DNA of 64,000 nucleotides, from contig CBDDOM010000003.1 of the NCBI GenBank assembly GCA_965231875.1, positions 139,316-203,315 of the forward strand. The letters run 5' to 3'. This DNA is from Alphaproteobacteria bacterium (lineage in GTDB: Bacteria > Pseudomonadota > Alphaproteobacteria > MPNO01). Made by a program: the position numbers and the translations under genes. This document shows positions 1 to 8,529 of this stretch, one piece after another; the stretch's first letter is position 1; every line of letters starts with the position of its first letter. The notes under the pieces were generated by a model. That model did not search any database. It was not told the origin of the DNA and saw only the letters and a program-made list of their open reading frames with translations.

Positions 1-1
1 G

Positions 2-199
2 GCGACCATCGGCGTGCCGGCGCTGGTCATGTATGGCAGCGAAGATACGGTGACGCCCGAGGCGATCGGTCGCGACCTCGCCGCCGCGATTGAGGGCGCG
101 CGATACGTCTCCCTCGAAGGGCTCGGTCATGCCAGCTACGTGGAGGGACCCGAAATCTTCAACGCCGCGCTCACCGGATTCCTGGACGGTCTGGAATGA
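2..199 (+). CDS. alpha/beta-fold hydrolase, C-terminal fragment (5' end outside the window)
   Basis: The frame is open from the window edge to TGA at 197-199. The tail VMYGSEDTVTPE...LEGLGHASYVEGPE resembles the C-terminal His-loop region of alpha/beta hydrolases. Confidence 0.6.
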   Translation, partial: ATIGVPALVMYGSEDTVTPEAIGRDLAAAIEGARYVSLEGLGHASYVEGPEIFNAALTGFLDGLE

Positions 200-246
200 G
201 CGGCGGCCACCGCCCTCATGCGGCGACGACAGGGTAGGGCCGCAAA

Positions 247-1041
247 GTGGACCTCGGACTTTCCGGCAAGGTGGCGGTGATAACCGGCGGCTCCTCGGGT
301 ATCGGGTTGGCGGCCGCGCGGATATTTCTCGATGAAGGCTCCCGTGTCGCGATCTGCGGCAGGTCCGCGGACCGGCTGGCCGAGGCGGAACGGGCGCTCG
401 CCGGGCCGAACGGCGCCGACCGCGTGCTGGCCGCCGCCTGCGATGTGCTCGTGCCCGAGCAGGTGGCGGAATTTCGCGATCGCGTGGCGGAACGTTTCGG
501 CCGCGCCGATCTTCTCGTCGCCAACGCCGGGCAGGCGCGCCGCGGCGGGTTCGACGATCTCGGCGACGACGAGTGGCGCGCGGAGCTCGACCTCAAATTC
601 TTCTCCGTCCTGCACCCGACCCGCGCGTTTCTGCCGCTGCTCGAAGATGCGGCGCCGTCGGCGATCGTCTGCAGCAACGCGCTGCTGGCGAGACGCCCCG
701 AGCCCTGGCTGGCGGCGACCTCGGCGGCGCGCGCAGGCGCGCTCAATCTCGCCAAGACGATGTCCCGGCAATTCGCGCCGAAGGGGATTCGCGTGAATTC
801 CATCCTTATCGGGCTGGTCGATTCGGGGCAGTGGAACCGCCGCTTCGAACAGGGGGAAAGCGGCGGGAAGAGCAAGGAGGAGTGGTTCGCCGAGCTCGCC
901 GCCGAGCGTGGAATCCCGCTCGGGCGTCTCGGCGAGGCCGATGAGGCAGCGCGAGTGATCGTTTTTCTCGCCTCGCCCGCGGCGAGCTATCTCACCGGAG
1001 AGACGATCGAGGTCGCGGGCGGGCAGGGGCACCATGTCTGA
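247..1041 (+). CDS. short-chain dehydrogenase/reductase (SDR)
   Basis: GTG start. N-terminal Rossmann motif VITGGSSGIG, length of 264 aa and high GC3 all fit an SDR. Overlaps the next gene by 8 nt. Confidence 0.85.
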   Translation: MDLGLSGKVAVITGGSSGIGLAAARIFLDEGSRVAICGRSADRLAEAERALAGPNGADRVLAAACDVLVPEQVAEFRDRVAERFGRADLLVANAGQARRGGFDDLGDDEWRAELDLKFFSVLHPTRAFLPLLEDAAPSAIVCSNALLARRPEPWLAATSAARAGALNLAKTMSRQFAPKGIRVNSILIGLVDSGQWNRRFEQGESGGKSKEEWFAELAAERGIPLGRLGEADEAARVIVFLASPAASYLTGETIEVAGGQGHHV

Positions 1042-2680
1042 GCGGATATCGGCCGGCGAACTGGTCGCCTCGTTCCTCGAAGCGGCCGGCGTCGATACCG
1101 CTTTCGGGGTAATCTCGATCCACAACATGCCGATGCTGGATGCGATCGGACAGCGCAACCGCATCCGCTTCGTGCCCGCGCGGGGCGAGGCCGGCGCGGT
1201 CAACATGGCGGACGCCAATGCGCGCGTGTCGGGCGGGCTCGGCGTCGCCTTCACCAGCACCGGGACGGGAGCCGGCAATGCCTGCGGCGCGCTGGTCGAG
1301 GCGCAGACCGCGGGCACACCGCTACTCCATCTTACCGGGCAGATCGAGACCCCCTATCTCGATCAGGAGCGTGGCTATATTCACGAGGCGCGCGATCAAC
1401 TGACCATGCTCAAGGGCGCGTCCAAGGCGGCGTACAGGGTGCGGAGCGTCTCCGACCTGCCAGGGACGCTGCGCGAGGCGGTATGCGTCGCGCAAAGCCC
1501 TCCCGCCGGTCCGGTCAGTGTCGAGATACCGGTCGATATCCAGGAATCCTCGCTCCGCAGGCCGGCATCGTTCGCGCCGGTCGCGCCCGCGCGACCGGAG
1601 CCCGACGAGGCGGCGCTGGATCTTCTGGCCGACGCGCTGGCGGGTTCGCGCAGGCCGATGCTGTGGCTCGGCGGCGGTGCGCGCGGTGCGGCGGCGGAAG
1701 CCCGCGCGCTCGCCGGGCTCGGTTTCGGCGCGGTCACCAGCATTCACGGGCGGGGAACAATCCCGGAAGGGAATCCGAATTCGCTCGGCGCCTTCAACTT
1801 CCAGCCGCCGGTCGAGACCTTCTACGTAACCTGCGATGCGATGCTGGTCGTCGGTTCCCGGCTGCGCAGCAACGAGACCCTGCAATACAAGCTGACCATG
1901 CCGAGCCCACTCTACCGGATCGATGCCGATCCAAGGGCAGACGGGCGGTCCTTCGCAAACGACATCTTCGTCTGCGGCGACGCGGCGAAGGCGATGGCAG
2001 GCCTCGCCGAACGGCTCGCCGGTCGGATGACGGTCGACTCCGGCTTTGCTGCGGACCTGGCTGCAGCGCGCGAAGCGGCCGGGACAGCGCTTCGCGGCAC
2101 CCTCGGTCCCTATGAGCGGCTCATGGACGATCTCCAGGCTGCGGTTCCGGATGACGTCGTGTGGGTGCGCGACATCACGCTTTCCAACAGCACATGGGGC
2201 AACCGCGCGCCGCGTCTCTCGGGACCGCGCGACGGCGTGCATGCGGTGGGCGGCGGGATCGGACAGGCGGCGCCGATGGCGGTTGGCGCCGCACTCGCCG
2301 CGAACGGGCGCAAGACCGTGGCAATGGCGGGAGATGGCGGGTTCGCGCTTTCTCTCGGCGAGATTTCGACCTTGGTTCAGGAGCGCGCGGATGTCGCCCT
2401 GATCGTCATGAACGACGGTGGCTACGGCGTCATCAGGAATATCCAGGACCGAAAATTCGGCGGTCGACGATTATACGCCGACATCGCGCTTCCCGATCTG
2501 GGCGCGCTGGCAAGCGGGCTCGGGCTTCCCTTCCGGCGCGTTTCCGATACCGCCGGGATGCGGGCTGCGTTCGACTGGGCTATCTCCGCCGACGGACCGG
2601 CGATGGTGGAGATCGACATGAACGCGGTCGGACCGTTCGCGGTCCCGTTCGCCGGTCCGCCTGCACGCCCCAAGGGATGA
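1034..2680 (+). CDS. thiamine-diphosphate-dependent enzyme (acetolactate-synthase-like family)
   Basis: 548 aa. ThDP motif GDGG-x24-NDGGYG (MAGDGGFALS...VMNDGGYGVI). The N-terminal pyrimidine-binding region IHNMPMLDA...VNMADANAR is typical of the family. Confidence 0.85.
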   Translation: MSERISAGELVASFLEAAGVDTAFGVISIHNMPMLDAIGQRNRIRFVPARGEAGAVNMADANARVSGGLGVAFTSTGTGAGNACGALVEAQTAGTPLLHLTGQIETPYLDQERGYIHEARDQLTMLKGASKAAYRVRSVSDLPGTLREAVCVAQSPPAGPVSVEIPVDIQESSLRRPASFAPVAPARPEPDEAALDLLADALAGSRRPMLWLGGGARGAAAEARALAGLGFGAVTSIHGRGTIPEGNPNSLGAFNFQPPVETFYVTCDAMLVVGSRLRSNETLQYKLTMPSPLYRIDADPRADGRSFANDIFVCGDAAKAMAGLAERLAGRMTVDSGFAADLAAAREAAGTALRGTLGPYERLMDDLQAAVPDDVVWVRDITLSNSTWGNRAPRLSGPRDGVHAVGGGIGQAAPMAVGAALAANGRKTVAMAGDGGFALSLGEISTLVQERADVALIVMNDGGYGVIRNIQDRKFGGRRLYADIALPDLGALASGLGLPFRRVSDTAGMRAAFDWAISADGPAMVEIDMNAVGPFAVPFAGPPARPKG

Positions 2681-2684
2681 GGCC

Positions 2685-3482
2685 ATGCTGAACGTCGTTC
2701 TGATCGGACGCGGCGCCATTGCCACGGAAGTCCTGAAACATATCCGGCCCGGCGGCGGGGTGAGCGTCACCGGCGTTATCGTCCGCCCCGGCCGGATTGA
2801 AGAAGCGCGCGCGGCTCTCCCGCCCACCATCGAGGTGGCGGGCGCCATCGGCGAACTTCCCACGCAGCCCCACCTGATCGCCGAATGCGCGGGGCATGCG
2901 GCGGTGGCCGAGTTCGGCGAGGAGGCGCTGAGGCGCGGCATGGACTTCCTCGTCATTTCCATCGGCGCGCTCGCCGACGCGGCTCTCCGCAACCGGCTAG
3001 AATCGGCGGCCGAGGCCGGCGGGGGCAAGCTTGTCCTGCCGGCGGGCGCGGTCCCCGGCGCCGACGCGTTGACAGCCGCCCGCGTCGGCGGGCTGGAGCG
3101 GGTCGTCTATACCTCGCGCAAGCCGCCCGCGGCGTGGCGCGGAACGCCGGCGGAGAAGGCGCACGATCTCGATGCGCTCACCGAATCCACGGTGCTGTTC
3201 GAAGGCGCGGCCGACGAGGCGGCGACGCTCTACCCCCAGAACGCCAACGTGGCGGCGACCGTCGCGCTCGCCGGGGCCGGGTTCGACCGCACCGACGTGA
3301 AGCTGATCGCCGATCCGGGGGCCGGCGGCAATATCCATGAAGTCCGAGTCGAGGGGATGTTCGGCGCGTTCGATATCGAAGTGCGGGGTAGGCCGCTGCC
3401 CGACAACCCCAAGACCTCCACGCTGGCGGCCCACAGCGTGGTCGCCGAGATCCTCCGCCGCGCGGCCGCGGTGGAGATCTGA
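2685..3482 (+). CDS. aspartate dehydrogenase-domain protein (NadX-like)
   Basis: 265 aa. N-terminal LIGRGAIA dinucleotide fold and C-terminal ...ADPGAGGNIHEV...PLPDNPKTSTLAA..., characteristic of the L-aspartate dehydrogenase family. Starts 4 nt after the upstream stop. Confidence 0.75.
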   Translation: MLNVVLIGRGAIATEVLKHIRPGGGVSVTGVIVRPGRIEEARAALPPTIEVAGAIGELPTQPHLIAECAGHAAVAEFGEEALRRGMDFLVISIGALADAALRNRLESAAEAGGGKLVLPAGAVPGADALTAARVGGLERVVYTSRKPPAAWRGTPAEKAHDLDALTESTVLFEGAADEAATLYPQNANVAATVALAGAGFDRTDVKLIADPGAGGNIHEVRVEGMFGAFDIEVRGRPLPDNPKTSTLAAHSVVAEILRRAAAVEI

Positions 3483-3525
3483 CCGACCTTTCGGTCCGTC
3501 CCCCCCGTCGTATCGACCGCGTCCG

Positions 3526-3650
3526 CCCTCCCCCGGCCCCTCCCGCAAGCGGGAGGGGGGAAGGCAGGGAGCGCGCGGCGGGCGAGCCTCCCTCTCCCCC
3601 GCGGGGGAGAGGGTCGGGGTGAGGGGGCTGAACCGCCCCTGCGAACCGCG
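3526..3650. repeat. REP-like composite palindromic intergenic repeat, copy 1 of 2
   Basis: Shares ccctcccccggcccctcccgcaagcgggagggggg and ctccctctcccccgcgggg(g)agagggtcggggtgagggg with 34516-34640. Each block is a GC-rich hairpin (cccctcccgc-aa-gcgggagggg). Confidence 0.7.
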
Positions 3651-3656
3651 CCTCGG

Positions 3657-4496
3657 TCAGTCCAGTTCTTCCAGAAAGGAGGCGACGGCTTCGGCGGTTT
3701 CCTCCGGCTTTTCGATGAACGGGATGTGGCCGCCGCCCGGAATCTCGACATAGGAAGCGCCCGGGATCGCGTCGGCGATGATTTTCGAGAACTTCGCCGG
3801 AATGAAATAGTCGTTGTCGCCCGTCAGCACGAGCGTCGGGCAGGTGATGTTCCGAATCTTCTCGGTCCAGAGCGGCTCGTCTTCCTGGCCGGGCAGGCGA
3901 CGGCCCCACGACAGGATGGAATCGAGGAAGGCCGTGTAGAGCCCGGGATCGTTGGCGCGAACGTTCTCCTGGTTGGCCCGCATGATGGCGAGCCCCTCGT
4001 CGGTGTCCATGAACTCACGCGTCATGGTCGAAAGCCCCATGAAATCGGCGAGCTCCTCGCCCATGCCGATCTTCGCGATCATCTTTTTGCGGAGCGAGAA
4101 ATTCATCTCCATCGCCCGGTCGAGCTCGGAGAACCCGCCGACCACGATCGTCGAGCGGACCAGATCGGAATGGCGGACCGCCATCGCCTGAGCGGTAGAT
4201 CCGCCGAGCGATGAGCCCAACACATCGACGCTCCGCCATCCTGCCTCGCGGGCGAGCGCGGCAAAGTCGTCGGCCCATAGCTCCGACGTGTAGTGGACTT
4301 CCGACGGGTCGTCCTTGCGCGACCGGCCGACGCCGCGCGGATCGACGAGGACGGTCATGCAAGTCTCGCGGAGCAACGGCTCACCGAGCCGGTAGTAGCG
4401 GTGGTCCATGCCCAGACCCGGGAAGAGCATCAGCGGATGGCCGTTTCCCCGTGTCTCGTACCAGATCTCGGTGCCGTTGACCGACGCTGTCGGCAT
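3657..4496 (-). CDS. alpha/beta-fold hydrolase
   Basis: I take the start at ATG 4496 (MPTASVNGTEIWYETRGNGHPLMLFPGLG) with a GGAG a few nt upstream. Nucleophile elbow VLGSSLGG is present. The upstream 165 codons of the 444-aa track ORF overlap the neighbouring gene and look non-coding. Confidence 0.85.
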   Translation of the reverse strand: MPTASVNGTEIWYETRGNGHPLMLFPGLGMDHRYYRLGEPLLRETCMTVLVDPRGVGRSRKDDPSEVHYTSELWADDFAALAREAGWRSVDVLGSSLGGSTAQAMAVRHSDLVRSTIVVGGFSELDRAMEMNFSLRKKMIAKIGMGEELADFMGLSTMTREFMDTDEGLAIMRANQENVRANDPGLYTAFLDSILSWGRRLPGQEDEPLWTEKIRNITCPTLVLTGDNDYFIPAKFSKIIADAIPGASYVEIPGGGHIPFIEKPEETAEAVASFLEELD

Positions 4497-4507
4497 GGTT
4501 CGTCTCC

Positions 4508-6859
4508 TTAGCTCTCCGCCGCTTGCAGCGCCTGCCATATGCGATGGGGGCTCGCCGGCAGCGGCAGCTCGGCCACCCCGCGGGCCGCCAGCGCGTCGAG
4601 AATGGCGAGGATCACGGACGGGTAGGCGCCTCCGTTGCCGGCCTCGCCGCAGCCTTTCACGCCGAGCGGATTGGTCGTACACGGCACCGGATGCGTCGTG
4701 AAATCGACCCGCGCCATGTGATCCGCGCGCGGCATCGCGTAGTCCATGTACGACCCGGTAACGAGCTGGCCGTCGTCGTCGTAGACGGTGTTCTCCAGCA
4801 GCACCTGTCCGAGACCCTGCGCGATGCCGCCATGCACCTGGCCCTCGACGATCGGCGGGTTGAGCACGGTGCCGAAATCGTCGACGACGGTGTAGCGGTC
4901 GATCGCGGCCTCGCCGGTATCCGGATCGATCTCCACCTCGCAGACATGGCAGCCGTTGGGGAAGCTGATCGGGCTGGTGTTGTGAGAGCACTTCGCGCCG
5001 AGCCCGTCCGCGAGGTCGTCGGGCAAGGCAGCGTTCCCCCGGGCCTCCGCGGCGAGGCTCATGATATCCATCGACCGGTCGGTACCCGCGACGCGGAAGC
5101 TCCCGCCCGCGAACTCGATATCCTCCACCGCGGCCTCCAGCAGGCGACCGGCGATCTTTCTGCCGCGCTCTATCACCGCCTCGCTTGCCTCCAGGATCGC
5201 GCCGCTCGCGGCGATCGCCGAGCGCGAGCCGCCGGAACCGCCCGCGCCCGGGCTCATTTCGTCCGAATCGTGCTGGATCATGCGGATCCGGTCGAACGGC
5301 ACCCCGAGCTTCTCGCTCAGCACCTGCGCGAAGGGTGTCGCATGGCCCATGCCGAAATCGCAGGTGCCGGTGACCAGCGTCACCGCCCCGTCAGCCTCGA
5401 ATCGGATGTCGGCGAGCTCGGTCCCGGGCGCGGCGGTGGTCTCCAGATAGGGTGCGATGCCGAGCCCGCGCAACTTGCCCGAAGCTTCGCTTGCGCTGCG
5501 GCGTTCGGCGAAACCGGCGGTGTCGGAGCGCGCCATCGCCTCGTCCAAGACCGCCTCGAAATCGCCTGAGTCGTATGTCAGCCCGACCGGCGTCTCGAAC
5601 GGCATCTGCTCCGGCCGGACGAAGTTGCGCCGGCGCAGCTCGATCCGGTCGATCCCGGTCTCGACGGCCGCCTTGTCGATCAGGAGTTCGAGGAAGTACT
5701 TCGATTCCGGCCGCCCGGCGCCGCGATACGGGCCGGTCGGGACGGTGTTGGTGAAGACGCATTTGGCGCCGTAGGAGAACAGCGGCGTCTTGTAGACGCT
5801 TATGATGTTGCGGCTGACCACCATGGTCACCGGCCACGGTCCCATGGCCGTGAGATAGGCGCCCATGTCGCCGAGCGCATCGACCTTGAGAGCGAGGAAG
5901 TTGCCGTCCTTGTCCAGCCCCAGGGCGAGGTCGACCGTCATCGCCCGGCCCTGGTGGTCGGAGAGGAAGCTCTCCGAGCGGTCGGCGCACCACTTCACCG
6001 GACGGCCCAGCCTGCGCGCCGCGTACATGACGCAGATGGCCTCGCTATAGGCCGCGCCCTTCATCCCGAAGGAGCCGCCGATGTCGTCGCTGATCACCCG
6101 GATTTTCTCCGGCGGCACGCCGAAAATCGCGTTGGCGAGAGTCGCCCGATAGCCGGCAACGCCCTGGCTCCCGACATGGAGCGTGAATTTCCCTTCCGCC
6201 GAATCGTACTGTGCGAGCGCCGCGCGCGGCTCCATGGCGTTGACCACCATGCGGGTATTGTCGAGCCGGATGCGGGTGACGTGGTGGGCGCCGGCGAGCG
6301 CCGCGTCGGCGGACTCCTCGTCGCCCATGTGGAAGTCGAGGAAGACGTTGCCCGGCGACGACTCCCAGAGCTGGGGAGAGTCGGCCTCGATCGCGCGATC
6401 GACGGAGGCGGCGACTGGAAGGGACGAGACCTCGAAGGGTATCGATTCCGCGGCGTCGCGCGCCTCGGCGAGGGTCTTCGCCACGACCACCGCGACCGGG
6501 TCGCCGACATGGCGGACCCGCCCGACGGCGAGCGCCGGCCGCGGCGGCACGTTGGGCGCCGAGCCGTCGCGGTTTTTCATGGGCACCGGACAGGGGATGT
6601 GCCCGATGCCGTCGGCTTCGAGATCGGCGCCGGTATAGACCGCGAGGACCCCGGGCGCGTCGGCGACGGCCGAGACGTCGAGCGTCACGATCTCGCCGTG
6701 GCCGACGGCCGAGCGCAGGAATACGGCATAGGCCTGGCCGGCGGCGTTGCTGTCGTCGGTGTAACGCCCGCCTCCGGAGAGCAGGCGCGGATCCTCGGTC
6801 CTGGGGACCGGCTGTCCGATCGCGAATTTCAGCACGTCCTGTCCGCTGTCGCCGGCCAT
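4508..6859 (-). CDS. xanthine dehydrogenase-family molybdopterin-binding large subunit (CoxL-like, not form I CODH)
   Basis: 783 aa. N-terminus GQPVPRTEDPRLLSGGGRYTDD. The active-site loop reads GPYRGAGRPE, not the AYRCSFR of form I CO dehydrogenase. Confidence 0.9.
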   Translation of the reverse strand: MAGDSGQDVLKFAIGQPVPRTEDPRLLSGGGRYTDDSNAAGQAYAVFLRSAVGHGEIVTLDVSAVADAPGVLAVYTGADLEADGIGHIPCPVPMKNRDGSAPNVPPRPALAVGRVRHVGDPVAVVVAKTLAEARDAAESIPFEVSSLPVAASVDRAIEADSPQLWESSPGNVFLDFHMGDEESADAALAGAHHVTRIRLDNTRMVVNAMEPRAALAQYDSAEGKFTLHVGSQGVAGYRATLANAIFGVPPEKIRVISDDIGGSFGMKGAAYSEAICVMYAARRLGRPVKWCADRSESFLSDHQGRAMTVDLALGLDKDGNFLALKVDALGDMGAYLTAMGPWPVTMVVSRNIISVYKTPLFSYGAKCVFTNTVPTGPYRGAGRPESKYFLELLIDKAAVETGIDRIELRRRNFVRPEQMPFETPVGLTYDSGDFEAVLDEAMARSDTAGFAERRSASEASGKLRGLGIAPYLETTAAPGTELADIRFEADGAVTLVTGTCDFGMGHATPFAQVLSEKLGVPFDRIRMIQHDSDEMSPGAGGSGGSRSAIAASGAILEASEAVIERGRKIAGRLLEAAVEDIEFAGGSFRVAGTDRSMDIMSLAAEARGNAALPDDLADGLGAKCSHNTSPISFPNGCHVCEVEIDPDTGEAAIDRYTVVDDFGTVLNPPIVEGQVHGGIAQGLGQVLLENTVYDDDGQLVTGSYMDYAMPRADHMARVDFTTHPVPCTTNPLGVKGCGEAGNGGAYPSVILAILDALAARGVAELPLPASPHRIWQALQAAES

Positions 6860-6941
6860 CTCGTTCCAATCGTGTTTGCGTCGAAAATGGGCCGGGCGGC
6901 CCTTGGACCGCCCGGCGGTGTCGCGGTTCGGGCGATCGCCC

Positions 6942-7652
6942 CTATTCGGCGGCGGCCTCCTGGTTGAGGCGCGACGAGGCTTCGAGACGTGCGATCAGTT
7001 CGTCGGTCTCCTGCACGTCGCCGAAATAGAGGTAGAAGTTGCCGAGCGCCGCGGCGTGCTCGCTGTCGCTCATCGTGGCGCAGCCGTCGGAGACCATCAG
7101 CGAGCGGTAGTTGAGCATCATCGCGTCGCGCGCGGTCGACTCGCAGCACACATTGGTCGCCACCCCGGTGACGACGATGGTTTCGATCTCGTGGTCGCGC
7201 AGCACGTTTTCGATATTGGACGATCCCTGGATAAAGGCGCTGTAACGCCGCTTGACGACGATCTCGTCCTCGTCGCGGACATCGAGGGTGGGCCAGAGTT
7301 GGAAGGCCCGCGAATCCCGCTGCATGGAAGTCAACCGGCGCTCGCCCTTTTCCGGGGTGTAGCGCTCATGAGCGACCGACCAGCTCTTGAGCGACTCCTT
7401 CGTCGCGAGGTTCTGCAGCCAGATTACCAGCCCTCCGGCTTTGCGCACGGCTTCGGCGAGGCGGTTCACGTTGGGAACGATCTCCCGGGCGACCGGGGCC
7501 GCCCCGAGCTGGCCGTCCTCCATGAAGTAGATCTGCATGTCGACGACCACCAGCGCCGTCTTCCGGCCTTCGAAGGTCTCGCAGGTGTGCGGGCGGCCCT
7601 GACGTTGGACCATCCGGTCGACATACTCCTTGGGCATCTCGAATGGGTGCAT
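6942..7652 (-). CDS. isochorismatase-family cysteine hydrolase
   Basis: ALVVVDMQIYF and GVATNVCCESTARDA motifs. I prefer ATG 7652 (MHPFEMPKEY) because GGAGG lies 5 nt upstream. ATG 7664 is the alternative. Confidence 0.85.
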   Translation of the reverse strand: MHPFEMPKEYVDRMVQRQGRPHTCETFEGRKTALVVVDMQIYFMEDGQLGAAPVAREIVPNVNRLAEAVRKAGGLVIWLQNLATKESLKSWSVAHERYTPEKGERRLTSMQRDSRAFQLWPTLDVRDEDEIVVKRRYSAFIQGSSNIENVLRDHEIETIVVTGVATNVCCESTARDAMMLNYRSLMVSDGCATMSDSEHAAALGNFYLYFGDVQETDELIARLEASSRLNQEAAAE

Positions 7653-7868
7653 CGCCGCCTCCATATTTTGCCGGATCGACTATAGGGGCGGCATTCGTGC
7701 CCGGCAATCGCACGGTCGCCCGGGCCGGCCGGGGCGGTCTTGCAATGTCGCGGCATTCTGGCCACGATGACCCCGACGGCACTGCGGTCTGCGTGCGTGC
7801 GGGGAGGGTATGTGCCCCGGATGGCGCGGGTTCGCCAAAGACGACGCAGAACGATTACGGGGACGGCT

Positions 7869-8474
7869 ATGAGCGATTCCAGCCAGCAGAACGGCTCGGC
7901 CTATGGGCGGGTTGTCGACGCGTTGCACCCGTTCGTCAGCGCCGGGGTGGTCAGCCTGCCCCGGCTCATCATCGGCTCGCTGATCCTGTTCGGAATCGCG
8001 GTCAACTTCGCCAACGTGCTGGGCCGCTACCTGTTCCTCGCGCCGATCGTCTGGGCCGAGGAGATCATGATCTACTCGATGGTCTGGATGGTCTTCATCG
8101 GCGCGGTGCTGGTGAGCTGGGACGGCCACCACCTGAAGATGGATTTCTTCTCGATCATGCTGCCCTCGCCGTTCAAGGAGATAATGAACTTCACCGGCGT
8201 GGTGTGCTTCCTCCTCGTGGCCATCTTCGTGCTGCCCCAGACCTTCACGGTGACCGAGCTGATGTTCCGGCTCGACCAGCGCAGCGTGGTGGCGGAGATC
8301 CCCATGGTGATCCCGCATTTCGCCATCCTGCTCGGCTTTATCATGATGTTCATCGTCATCGTCTGGCGGTTTAGGCGGCTGATACGCGGCGACCTCACCA
8401 GCGAGGTCGAGGACCTGATCGCGGCGACCGAACAACAGCAGGACGTACCCCTCAACAGGGGAGCTTCCGGCTGA
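7869..8474 (+). CDS. dctQ: TRAP transporter small permease (DctQ family)
   Basis: Start at ATG 7869 (MSDSSQQNG...). Four hydrophobic segments and the DctQ-like ...VWAEEIMIYSMVWMVFIGAVLVSWDGHHLKMDFF motif. Confidence 0.85.
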   Translation: MSDSSQQNGSAYGRVVDALHPFVSAGVVSLPRLIIGSLILFGIAVNFANVLGRYLFLAPIVWAEEIMIYSMVWMVFIGAVLVSWDGHHLKMDFFSIMLPSPFKEIMNFTGVVCFLLVAIFVLPQTFTVTELMFRLDQRSVVAEIPMVIPHFAILLGFIMMFIVIVWRFRRLIRGDLTSEVEDLIAATEQQQDVPLNRGASG

Positions 8475-8529
8475 ACGCCGCTATCGGCGCGGTCAGGGAA
8501 CGAATCGCAGGGATTCAGGGAGACACGGT

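Noticed and set aside
3526-3650. GC-rich repeats (also 34516-34640 and 49467-49645) as possible CRISPR arrays.
   Set aside because: These are single, internally palindromic elements with no regular repeat-spacer periodicity, and no cas genes are present.
4508-6859. Calling either CoxL-like gene a carbon monoxide dehydrogenase.
   Set aside because: The active-site loops read GPYRGAGRPE and AAYRAPGAP. The form I signature AYRCSFR is absent and no coxDEF accessory genes are present.
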